Assembly (NCBI GenBank): GCA_026026165.1
Contig: JAPEUD010000055.1
Coordinates: forward strand, 1 to 64,000
Length of the DNA stretch: 64,000 nt
DNA from: Sarea resinae
Lineage: Eukaryota
Reading direction: 5' to 3'
The position numbers and the translations under genes were made by a program. The number at the start of each line of letters is the position of its first letter. Position 1 is the first letter of the stretch. This document shows, piece by piece, positions 1-12,348 of the stretch. The notes beneath the pieces were generated by a model that worked only from the letters and a program-made list of their open reading frames with translations, was not told the origin of the DNA and did not search any database.

Positions 1-3
<3 letters not shown>

Positions 4-46
<43 letters not shown>
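4..46. repeat. Poly-G homopolymer at window start
   Basis: Uninterrupted G run seen directly; length may be a sequencing or assembly artefact. Confidence 0.9.
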
Positions 47-48
<2 letters not shown>

Positions 49-481
49 CGGATTCGGGAGTTGGCGATTCGCGATGACAAAGGCTAAGTATGAGCTACTT
101 GAGGCACAGCGACCCAGAGTACGAGAGCTGCCGTACTCTGTACGCGCCCGGTGCACTCGTAATGAAGGAAAACAAGTAAGTGTGCAGGTTGGCAGATGGA
201 CAGCTACCTGCAACCTTACCCTACCTTGCCTTAGAGAGGCATGGCCGGGCCTAGCTACTAAGATGATCTCATACGAGTATTGTTGAAGGTCAAGCCACCT
301 CATTCTCTATTGTCGTGAACACCTCACTTGCCACTCCTTAGAACCCTACGACATCAACATCGTATTGGCTGCCCTCCACAGGGTACAGAGCAATTCGGTC
401 AATTAATTCATTCCTTTCTCCTACCTCCTCTCGTCTCGTTGCCTCGCCATCATCAATGAGGCTGACTTGACTCCTGCGAAG

Positions 482-1484
482 ATGCGCCTCTTCCTACTCC
501 CAATATCTACTCGCCGCTCCTTGCTCTACTGCCAGCGCCTAAACCACCATCTCAATTCGCAGAAGACCATTATCGACAAGGTCACCGAGAAGGCATCCAA
601 AACATGGCACCAGTGGGAGAATAGTGAGAAGAAATACCAAAAAAGTATCACCGAGTACGGTAACAAGGTGTTTCAGCGGATATCATTCGAAGAATGGGGG
701 CTGAAGACCATCCCGCCTTTAAGCGCCAGGAGAAAGCAGGATGAATTAATGGGTGCCGACAAAGTGGAGGTCATCTTTCCATCTCGCTATATTGCACAGG
801 AACGGCTAGGAGATATTCTAGGGAAATTGGGTACAGACAGGCAAGCATTGCATCGGCGAAGGATGTGGTGGAGTATCGTAGGTATGCCGATTACGGCACC
901 TGTTGCCTTAATTCCGGTGTGAGTGCCCCTCGACGCACATAGTTGCGCTGACATCTTTACTTGGAGTGCCGCTGACTCGATGCTATTTTCAGCATTCCGA
1001 ATATCCCATTCTTTTACCTTGTGTTTAGAGCCTGGTCACACTGGCGGGGTTAGTCAAGCAATCTTCTGAGGGTAGAAATTATGTCTAATAAGTGTTAGCA
1101 CTATCTGGATCAAAACATATCGAATTTATTCTCGAGAACAAGCTCCTGAAACCAGCGCCTTCCCCAGAGTTGGACAATCTGTATCCCTCGGATCCACCGA
1201 GTGACAAGGCAAAAGAAGCAAAGTACACCGGAGACAGGGCAGGGGACAATGTTGATGCGCTTTATGATAAGGAGGAAGTCATGCTTCTGAGGAAACACAG
1301 TGGTGAGGCTATATCAAATTCTCTTGACATACCAGAGTTGCGAGGAGAGTTAGAAAGAGCTATCCACCAAGTCGAAGCGTCACTGAAGGCACAAAAGGAG
1401 TTGAAGGAAGAAAAACGCCATATGGATGGCGCCACCAACTCGGATCCAGGAAAACCTGGAAATGAAACGGACGAAAAACGATGA
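482..1484 (+). CDS. Mitochondrial K+/H+ exchange-related protein (YDL183C-like); exons 482-918, 993-1048, 1099-1484
   Basis: MRLFLLPIS N-terminus, RISFEEWGLKTIP, and spliced PITAPVALIPVIPNIPFFYLVFRAWSHWRALSGSKH, typical of this family; GT-AG introns join the ORFs in frame. Confidence 0.85.
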
Positions 1485-4400
1485 CAGCAGGTGCCCAGAC
1501 GGACAGCCTGGCTGTGAGTGCTTTTGTATTTTGAAGTGCAAGAACAGACACAAGTTAGAGTCATTAACGACAGTCAGCCAGTGTTCTTCATACCCCAACA
1601 GGGCGAGGGGGAAGTGCAACATGCGGCAATATTTGCAAGATTCGCCGACTCAATTACTACGCTGTAGTCACCCGACGACTATAAATGGATCAATGTGCTC
1701 GAATTACGACGAAGCCCACGGCCAGGACGGGAGACAAAAACCGTGCCGACGATGCGGGAACTCCAAAATTGAATAAATGGGCTCAGCTTCCCAAATACCG
1801 CAGACACCTGAATGCTCTGATCAAAGGCCTGAAAACAAACCAACTCGATTCGTTCAAATTTGTGAGGCGGCCAACGTCGCCCGTTGTGCTGATGGCTCGT
1901 AAACGATTAGTAGTGATCCAGCGGGAGAGCATTTGTGTATATCTTGACCCTCAATCCATCTTACATTCGTCTTAAGAAATCGAACGACCGGTTCTTTATG
2001 TACATTGGAAGGTAGCATGCCGAAATTGCGACGGCTAGATTCGACTCGACAACGGGAATATGCATCATCAACTTGACGTCCGCGGCATGGATGTACTCAA
2101 TTCTAGAATCCACTCGGTCGCTCCGTGATTGAATCTGACTCGATCCCTCCGTCCTCTGTTGCCACGGTACCTACCTAAGGTAGGTATAAGTGCGAGATAA
2201 GAGGGGATGATGTAGGTTGCAATCGTTCCTCTCGATACTTGACTGCCCAGATTGCGATCGACGATTGATGGTTCCTGCATAACTCCAGGTATCCTTGGAT
2301 GTCCATCCATCAATGCCTCTGCGTACATGAGCAGTACGAACACATCGTCGTAGATGATTCGTTCTTCGTTCAGATGCACGCTCACACAGCCCAAGTACCT
2401 CGAATCCTGGCGATGGTACTGCAGGTGTATCATGGGATGTGCGAGGTACAGCTGGAGGTACCTATATGGCGGCGGAACGCCCGAGTATTACCAAATGTGA
2501 AACCCAGTAGCCATCGTCTCTGTGCACGACAGCGGACAGCAGGGCGCAAACCTGAATCCGCCGAACCCGCTGAGATCCATTGGACCAGACACGGCACTCA
2601 GGCCCTCTCCCACGTCGTGCGCATAGTGGTTGACAGGTGGTGGCGACCATTCATCAGCGGCACCTCAGACACTTCACCACGCTTGACTCTCCGGCTTCTA
2701 TACTTGGATACAGCTAAAGAGGCGACGGTGCTCGTGCGGTGCTACGAGCCTGAGCCTCGAACGAGATCCATGGTCGGCGAGTCGGTAGAGATGGGTGACA
2801 ACGACTCCACATGGCTCGTGTTTTTTTGACCTGCCCATGGGAGTTTGCCTCCTCTGTTGCTGCGTAGCGCCTACACTGTAGACACTACTCATTACTAGAG
2901 AACGAGGTAAGACACCTCTGATGAAAGACACGGCAGTGCCGCACTACGTATAGCTACTGCTGTTAGTACGTGCCTTGGTCCTTGGTCGAGTTCGGTCAGG
3001 ATAGACCATGGCCGCATCCGAGTCTGCCGCCTCGCCCCCAGTCCTTGGGCCAGTACTCATCGTAGATGGTACAGAGACGGTACGTATGGGCTCCAGCGGC
3101 GGAGAGGACTTCTGTTATCGCGCCGGGTAGCGACTACGGAATCCCTTATCGCACGGCATGCGGAGGAGAGGGGGCAGCGAGGAGAGAGAAAAGAGATTAA
3201 CTTCATCTCCGCCGTCCGGGCAGGCTGCAGGGGAGGCTCCAATCGCACGCCATTCCTAGATGAGATGGTTGAGTGACATCAACGCTCACGCTACTTCGGC
3301 GAAGTCGCAGAACTACGGAGTACGATGCCTTACCTCTCTTCGCAAGAACGCCAAGTCCTAGCCCTGAAGAGCATCTCAAGCGTGGAAGATCAACAGCAGG
3401 TCTGCTAAGGCACGGCCAGGCTCGGCAAGGTCTGGTCATGCATCGTCATCCACGATGTGGCAGTGGCGGGCACACGGACATGCAGCACGCCAAATCACGA
3501 TAGTAACCTGAATCTACCACGGCTGAAGAGGACTGCGAGATGGATGGACGCCCTCAGATGTATGCGTCTGCAACTCCAGCTCTCCTCTCATGGATATGGA
3601 TCAAATCAATCATGCATGAATCGGCTCTAGACGGTACTTCGTACTCTATTCATATCAATGAATGGAGACTCCCCTGTTGAATAGTACCTACTTGCCTTAC
3701 CTACCGCGGTGCTCTAGGTAGAGTACTCCGTAGGCAATCATCATGCTTGGTACCGAAATCTCTACGAATACGGGTTTTGCGTTGCGATTCCGATTCCGAA
3801 TTGGGCTTGGCCGATTGAAGAGGCATCCCCTGTCCAGGCCCCTGGTCGCTCGACGGCAACCAACTTGAACACGGCTGACCAGCACGGAGACTATGTAGTA
3901 CTCCTACTCCTACTTACCTTCCTACTATTACTCGACTACGACGGAGGTACTTACTCCGGAGAGGTACTGCGACTACGACCACTACCGGCATCACCAGGGA
4001 GCACTCTGGTACAGCTACCTCACCTGTGGGCACTCGGCTGCAAGGTTTTCAATGGCGCTACTCGGCGCGCACTGCCAATTGCCAAAGCGGATGCGCGAGA
4101 GCTGTGCGTTAATTCTTGATGGGATTTAACGCAGCTGATATCGAGGTCCTCCGTAAGTGCCTACCGAGTACTTCGTACTCTGCAATGGCTGGGGGCCCTG
4201 ATCCTGATTGCACAAAGTTGCTCTACGGCGGTGCCTTGCTCTTCCCGGCATGGTCCAACGAACGGACACGCTTCGCTCTAACCATGGATGGGTGTTGTGC
4301 ATCCCGAGGCCCCCCTTTCAAAGCAAGCAATGATTGTCGTCGCATCGCAATCCGGTACAGTGAGAACCCTCGAGACGATCGTAGACGATGTACGTAGTAA

Positions 4401-5188
4401 ACGAAAGAGGGGATGCCGCAAGAATGGTGGACGGAGTACTACTCCGTATGTAGAGAGAGAGAGAGCATGGGATGGCACGCCCGGAGAGGGGCGTAGAGTA
4501 TTCGAGTGGTCGTGCTTGTACTCGATGGACAGAGCTAGGTACTCATGCCGTACAGTCGACTTGCTTGCACTTCGCTCCTCTGCTAGAAAGTAATCTCTGT
4601 ATCCGTGGTGATCTACTCGATATGGTGGTTGTGGTTGGTAGCGATAGCAAGGTAGATACTTCAGTAGATCCATGGTGTATGGCTGTTCCCCGGCCACACC
4701 ACCTCTCTCACCTCCCCCTCCCCCCCAACAGTCAACCTTCCACTGCCGACCACCACCACCGCCGCCATCATTGCCTCATCGAACAATCTCCACACGGTCT
4801 TTACGTCTGTCGATATCTCAGATATTCCCTCTGAGCCCTTTGGTGGCGACTTAGAGGTCTACGTTCGCTCTACTTTGTTTAACAGCCACGGCCGGATTCA
4901 GCGTCGTGATCGGAATCAGTTCGATTGTACGCGCATATACGTGCTTGGTCATCGTTGCGCAAGTGGTGTGCTGCTCCTGCTGCTGCTGTTCATATTCATT
5001 CCAAGCTCTCCGGTACATCCGACGTCACCTCACGACATATTCACACATAGACAAATCTTACTGCATGACGCGACAAGACCAGAGGATAAGCTGTTTCTTC
5101 CCAGCGGGACTTGGCATCGTGGCCGGGATAGTGCTACTGATTCCGTTGTGAGGAGGAAAGGTAGTCGCGCGAGGACGGAACTGGTGAT

Positions 5189-7565
5189 ATGGCTCCCTTA
5201 CGGAAGCCCGCGTCGCGGTCGATGGAGAGAGGAAGCTCACCGATTCAAGAGGAGAGAATTGCACAGCAGTATGGACGATCATCGTCGAACCTACATGCTG
5301 AGTTGGCCGCCGCCAGTCTTCGAGATTCAGCCAGATCGCCCGGATCAAGTCGTCCATCCAGCACAAAGGGTTCGCGAACTTTGCTGCGGAAGAAAAGTGC
5401 ACCAGCAGGTCCACCGATGGCCTCTTTGGCACCGCTTCCTGTGCCACAACGGCGGCCTTCGTACGTGCCCACAGTCTCATCACCACTGAATCCATCGTCC
5501 CCCACTGGCTCGATACGAAGTCACGATAGTGAAAGTCCAAGCATCGGAGAAGGCTCAAGCAATTCCGCAGAATCACCGCAAAGCACGAATGAGGCACAGG
5601 TGAGAGGACTCTTGGCACCGGGTATCCCACCACCTTCTTCACCGCGAAACATTCCGGGAAGACCTTCGCCTGGGGGAGGGCTGAGGCCGCAGCGTTCCTC
5701 ACCCGCTCTACGACCGAGGACCCCGGTATCTCTTAGCGACCTTGGCCGAGACTATTCGAGATATCCCTTTCCGAAGCGCAACTCATACACCGACTCATTA
5801 CCTCCGAATTACAATTTCATGGCGGGCACGGCAACTGCATCATCATCAACTTCTTCCCTGAACCCAGCCAATCCTTTCCGCAATTCGGCTTCCGAGGTTC
5901 CCGGAGTTTTCGATCCGGAGAAAGAATTCTCACCTTTCATAGATGACCGGATAAACGCCCCAAGTACCTTCTCAGCCGGTTACACGTTTCCAATGTTCAT
6001 CGACGAGAAGGAGCTGGACGATGATATGCACATGCCGATGCCAGACGATGACGTAGTGTACCGGCCAAAGCTAAGAGATTACTTGACGCGGGACGGAATA
6101 TTGTCGCTCCTTGGCCTCCTTTTCTTGATCGTCGGCCTTGCGTTCGTTTTCATCGGTCTACCCGTTCTCAGCTACAGTGGAGTGGCCATAATACACTTTC
6201 CCTACGACACTGATAAGGATGATACGGGCGGCGCCTACGAAGCTCCGCGATCTTGGGCGATCGTCAACACTCGCAAGTATCCCCTACTTCAAAATCTAAG
6301 GACGGGTCTCATCGACCCTACGACTCCTGCGGCCGCAAAGACTAGAACGAGCGTAGATGGTGAAGAGCTTCAGCTTGTCTTTAGCGACGAATTCAATGAT
6401 AACAACAGGACCTTCTACTCTGGCGACGACCCTTACTGGACTGCGCCGAATTTCTGGTACGGAGCCACGCAAGATCTTGAATGGTATGATCCGGACGCCG
6501 TGACCACTTATAATGGGACTCTACAATTACGCCTTGATCAGTTTACCTCGCACAATCTGCGATTCCGCTCCGGCATGCTTAACAGCTGGAATCAACTCTG
6601 CATGAAAGGAGGGGCCTTTGAAGTATCCATCTCCCTAGCCGGTCCATCAGGCTTTCCGGGGTTATGGCCTGGTGTTTGGACGATGGGCAACTTGGGGAGA
6701 CCCGGGTACAAAGCCACGACTGACGGGGTTTGGCCGTATACATACAACTCGTGCGACGCTGGAATTACGCCAAATCAGTCTTCACCGGACGGGATTTCTT
6801 GGCTGCCTGGCCAGAAGCTCGCCTCGTGCACCTGTGATGGAGCCGATCATCCAACTCCTGGAACGGGTCGAGGAGCCCCTGAGATTGATGTCATCGAAGC
6901 CAGTGTCGACCCAACAAACCGCATTGGTGTTGTGACGCAGTCTTACCAAGTCGCTCCTTATGATATCTGGTACCAGCCCGACTACGAGTATCTCCAGATC
7001 CCGAATTATAATACAACGCAGATGAACAGCTACTGTGGCGGTCCATATCAGCAAGCTATTTCGGGCACGACCCTCTTAAATAATGCCTGGTATGACCAGA
7101 ACGAATACCAGAAATACTCTTTCGAATACAAACCGGGCACGATGGATGGCGAGATTTCCTGGTTTGTCGGTGATGATGTATCATATCAGCTGAGCGGGAG
7201 AGCCCTCCGACCCAACGGGATTGTCAGCCATCGTCCCGTTTCCGAGGAGCCCATGAGCATAATTCTGAATTTAGGCATCAGTAACTCCTGGACGTGGATT
7301 GATTGGCCGGATCTGCAATTCCCGACTGTCATGTATATCGATTACGTGCGATGGTATCAAAAAGCAGGGGAAGAGTCTGTCACGTGTGATCCACCAGGTT
7401 ACGAGACAACGGATTATATCGCCAATCATATAAAGGCTTACACCAATTCTAACCTAACGGTATGTCCTATGGTTCTTTCTACTTGGGATATACTGACGTG
7501 TGTATTAGCACTGGAATGACACGGGCTATCCATGGCCAGCTAATAATCTCAGCACGAAGTGCTAA
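5189..7565 (+). CDS. KRE6: Beta-1,6-glucan synthesis-associated KRE6/SKN1-family type II membrane protein (GH16); exons 5189-7459, 7509-7565
   Basis: Ser/Pro-rich N-terminus, one TM segment, LVFSDEF, DLEWYDPDA, SGMLNSWN, GLWPGVWTMGNLGRPG and catalytic GRGAPEIDVIEA (ExDxxE). KRE6 vs SKN1 paralogue not resolved. Confidence 0.92.
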
Positions 7566-8995
7566 GCTTATGCTTTGCTTTACGCATCTTGCATAGACCA
7601 TCGGCTCAAAGTACAGCATTTTTCTCGGAGAACTTTAGATATTGAGATCTTGCATCTGCGACATCCCGCTCATTGCTGCTACCTCACACAACACTTCATT
7701 CTACCGCCTCCGACTCATCAGCTCTCCACCACTCTTACCGTACAGCATCACTCACATACTCACTCACCTACTTTCACTCAGCGTTTCTACGACTCGAATC
7801 CTTTTACTGGGATTTGAAACAACTTGGGAATTGTCGGGGCACAACCGGCGCATTTTAAGGGCGTTTAATGGCTTTACTCTAGAGGGACTATCACAACCTG
7901 CATGATCGATCTCAGTACTTCCCATTTCGGTGGTACGGGTGCTCTGGTCGACGGTATTCAATCAATCGAACCATCGACGCTTTTGCTCATCCTCATTCGA
8001 AGACGATACACATGATGGACAGAAGCCGCCAAGCATTACGCCGTACGCTGAAGATCCGCTTTTCGGATTTTCCGAGAGTATCTCATAGCTTTAGCTCTAG
8101 ACGAAGGAAATCATCAAGTGTTCGGCGACTGCGATAGCCACAGCGGAACAATGGCAAACACGGGGTAATGACAGCATCGGACTTATCACGTGAGGGAACT
8201 TGGGAATGGGTCGGGTCTGGTCGGGTTGGTTTGGGCTAGTTCGGATCGGATCAGGATGCATCATGTTCTCTCCCTCGTTTCACTATTCTTCATCATCATC
8301 GTCATTCTTGATCTTCTCTCTACACACACATGGACATGGTCGAAGAGAGGGATCTTATTCTCCCTCGCTCTGCTCTGTGATCTCTGTGACCTCTACGTTA
8401 TGGCGTATCTGGCGTGACTTGTTTACGGTCTGCGTCGAAGATCATCCATGGTGTCTCTTTCTTTGATCACATATTTGAGCGTGTCTTTTTCTTCCTTGAT
8501 CTGGGTGGACAATACAGATCGCAGATGCCGAATTCATGACTGTAGCTAGAACTATTTTGTTAGGAGGGCTAGGATAGGGCTAAGTGGTCTTCATTTTACC
8601 TTCCTCTTGGCAATGAGATCATGCGCACAAATCAAGAAGAGTGTGCAGATAAATTATCATTGTACGGGGTAGTGAGGGAGAAAGTGCTCAATATGTGTGG
8701 CGTATAGACCCCCCGTCTCCCGAGCAATGTTCCCAGACAGGCGCGCTAAGCCGGGCGGTATCGCGCAATGTATCCGTAAGGGCGGGGATAAGCGGCGAAA
8801 CCCCTCCATCGAGGTGGGGTCAACAGCTGCCATTGCGAGGTGTCATCATGCATTTCTCCTGAAAGGGAAGGTCGTTTCTTCGCGGCCTTGGACATCGATC
8901 GTGATAGACTCGATCGTGATAGACTCGATCTCTGAAGTTCAGCACACTCCAGTCTTCCTTTGCTTGTATCAATTCGCGCCATCTTGTGGGACACT

Positions 8996-11077
8996 ATGTA
9001 CGTGTGAAGCTCTGGGGCGGCCATGCGCCGAGGAAGCAATTGCGATTGGCGGTCTAATGATTCAGCTATAGGTATACCGCTTCGTTCGCTTTCTTCGAGG
9101 CAATATGGGAGGCATGTCTACACCAACAGAAACATCAGATGCTACTCGAGCTAATATAGATCTGCTCCCAGGCCGGCATCACGCACTGTTTCGTCAATCT
9201 TGGGTCGGATCATCCCAGCATCATCGAAGCTATTGTCAAGGGTCAGAATGAGAAGAAAGGACAATTTCCAAAGATCGTCACATGCCCCAATGAGGTAAAG
9301 ACCAGAGATCATAATGTTTTTCCGTATATGTAAGATCTGACGCTTTTGCTCATCAGATGGTGGCATTGTCCATGGCCGATGGATACGCGCGAGTCACCAA
9401 CAAACCTCAATGTGTGATTGTGCACGTCGACGTTGGGACGCAGGGTCTAGGTGCCGCTGTGCACAATGCGTCTACGGGTCGTTGCCCCGTTCTCATCTTT
9501 GCTGGTCTCTCGCCGTATACCATCGAGGGAGAGATGCGCGGATCTCGCACTGAGTTCATCCACTGGATCCAGGATGTGCCGGACCAGAAAGCTATCGTGG
9601 CGCAGTACTGTCGCTACACGGGAGAGATCAAGACTGGGAAAAACGTCAAGCAGCTCGTCAATCGGGCCCTTCAGTTTGCTACCAGTGATCCTAAAGGCCC
9701 GGTATACCTGGTTGGTGCGAGAGAGGCCATGGAGCAGGATCTTGACCCCTATCAGCTCGACCAGGGTGTCTGGGGCGCAGTGGCTCCTGCAGCCCTTCCA
9801 CAGGAAAGCGTCGAGAGCATTGCCAAGGCGCTCGTCGAGGCTGAGGAGCCTCTGTTGATCACCGGATACTGTGGGCGAAACCACGCCGCGGTAGAGGAGT
9901 TGGTGAAACTAGCAGACAACCTCAAGACCCTCGAGGTCCTCGATACGGGTGGAAGTGACATGTCTTTCCCGGCCGATCACCGCAGCTGGCTGGGCGTACG
10001 ATACGGCGTGCACGAGAGCATCTCAACCGCCGATGTCATCCTCGTCGTTGACTGCGACGTGCCCTGGATCCCAACGCAGTGCAAGCCTAGCGCTACGGCC
10101 AAGATCTTCCACATCGACGTCGACCCCCTGAAACAGCAGATGCCCGTCTTCTATGTCCCAGCTTCGAGCCGTTTCCGCGCAGATGCCTACACCTCCTTCA
10201 AGCAACTCAACTCCTACATCACCTCCAGCCAGGCCCTCACCTCTCAGCTCCAGGACACCGCCCATACCGAGCGCTGGGACATCCTCGCTCAGAACCATAA
10301 GAAGCGCGTCCAAGCCATCTCCGACCTCGCCAAACCGGGTGACGACGACACCTACGGGGCATCGTTCCTGATCTCCGCCGTACGGCAGGCCGTGCCGCGC
10401 GACTCCATCTTCTGCATCGAAGCCGTCACCAATACGGGATTCGTGGCCGACCAGATCCAGGCGACTATCCCAGGGCAATGGCTCAACTGCGGCGGCGGCG
10501 GCCTGGGCTGGTCGGGGGGTGCGGCGCTAGGCATCAAACTGGCCTCGGACACCGAGGGGGCCAAGAAGTTCGTGTGCCAGATCGTCGGCGACGGCACCTA
10601 TCTGTTCAGCGTGCCCGGCAGCGTGTATTGGATCTCGCAGCGGTACGGCATCCCCGTGTTGACGATCATCCTGAATAACCAAGGTACGTTTCCCTCTTCC
10701 TGCAACTGGCCCTTTTCCCCCCTTCCTCCCTCCCTTCGCCCACCTTTCATCAACCACCTTTCATCAACCACGCACTAAAACCACCCCCCCCTTCCCCAAC
10801 AGGTTGGAACGCCCCTCGCAAATCGCTCCTCCTCGTGCACCCGGACGGCTACGGCAGCAAGGTCGACAACCACGACCTCAACATCTCGTTTGCGCCGACG
10901 CCCGACTACGCGGGCATCGCGCGCGCCGCGTCGGGCGGCCACGTCTGGGCCGGGCGCGCCGGCTCCGTGGCCCAGCTGGCCGAGAAGCTCCGCGAGGCCG
11001 TCGCGGTCGTGAGGGCGGGCACCAGTGCCGTGCTGGATGCGCATTTGGGCGGGGAGGAGGGCAAGTTTGTGGGGTGA
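8996..11077 (+). CDS. Thiamine diphosphate-dependent enzyme (acetolactate synthase/benzoylformate decarboxylase-like); exons 8996-8997, 9072-9111, 9172-9294, 9357-10683, 10803-11077
   Basis: Reconstructed N-terminus MYTASFAFFEAIWEAGITHCFVNLGSDHPSIIEA, Glu in CPNEMVALSMADGYAR, ThDP motif GDGTYLF...ILNN. First two exons inferred from splice signals. Confidence 0.88.
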
Positions 11078-11329
11078 GTTTGTTGGTGGGTGAGTGGAAG
11101 GGTGGGTATGTATGTATGGGTATCTCTGGATGTGTGGGTGTGAGGTCGTGGGGATCTTAGCTTGTTGGTGGTTGTGTCGAACAGGGCCAATGGCGAGCAT
11201 GGGGAGGATTGGGATGGGGAGAGGATGGGGAGCGGGAAGTGGAGGGCGGGCCGTGAATATCGATTACATTGTATCTGCTCACCACTTCCCCCACTCCCCA
11301 CTCCCATTCGGGCCAAAACAATCATCTCG

Positions 11330-11568
11330 ATCAATTGATCAATCGATTAATGGACCAATCCATCTATCGATAAATCAAGCTGTCGATCAAGCTGTCTATC
11401 AAGCTATCTATCGCGCAGGTCAAACCCTTCTCTCTTTCACTCGGGAGTATATGTATCTCCTTCTCGAGCGTTCGTGGCTTGGGTGATCCCATTTTTGTAT
11501 GCGTGTGCGTATTCGTGTGCGTGTGCTGCGGGTGTATGTGAGCAGTAAAGAGAGACAGAGAGAGAGAG

Positions 11569-11610
<42 letters not shown>

Positions 11611-12020
11611 GAAGAGCCAAAGAGCGGACTGGATTAATTATACCTTATAACTACCTAGGTAAGCTAAGCTAAGCTAAGCTGAACTATCCATTGACTAAAT
11701 CCATCCCATCCCATCCCATTCCAACCTATCCTATCCTAACCTGTCCTGTCCTAACCTATCCTGTCCTTTCCTAAGTTTGAAGAAGCAATACCGATTCTCG
11801 GTTTACCTATCCCACTACTTTACCACCAAGAAAAATCCAAGAAAAATCAAGAAAAACCCAAGCTTGCCTAGTTACATACTTACCTGCGTAGGCCGACCTG
11901 ACTAGAGTTATTAGGATGGCTATTTGACCGTGCTGTCCGGGTGAAGTTCGCAATGTGAACAGATATCGTATCGTATTGTGAAGCAGAGCAGAGCAGAGCA
12001 GAGCAGAGCAGGGCAGAGCA
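11330..12020. repeat. Microsatellite cluster between convergent genes: ATCAAGCTRTCT-like 12-mer, (AG)n, (GCTAA)n, (CCATC)n, (AGAGC)n
   Basis: Tandem units read directly at about 11374-11412, 11549-11608, 11660-11680, 11701-11720 and 11982-12020. Confidence 0.9.
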
Positions 12021-12348
12021 AGCCAAAGGCCAGTACAGTAAGTAGAGGAGAATATTCCTGTTGCAGCACGATTGAGATCCCGAACCTGAAGGAATAGAAA
12101 GAATAGATCGGGAGGGGGAAACAAGGGCCAGATTTTCTGTTTCGGTTTGGTTTTGTTTTCTTTCCTTGCCTCTGATTACACCTGCTCGCCTTTGCTTGCC
12201 TTTCCTGCCCTTTCTGCATGCCGAAATACTTTTCTGGCGAATGGATATAGCTGAGTATGATCACTCATCCAACGTAGCTACACCGTCGAATAGAGTCCTC
12301 GATAGCATGAAACTCGATCCGCGATATTCCCTGCAGAAGGAGACTCTC

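Noticed and set aside
1500..4700. Short ORFs upstream of KRE6, e.g. 2299-2829
   Set aside because: No motifs, codon bias or coherent splice structure.
8600..9360. TPP riboswitch near the ThDP enzyme start
   Set aside because: No CTGAGA core or TGAT..TAAT..GCG..GGA arrangement seen; a covariance search would settle it.
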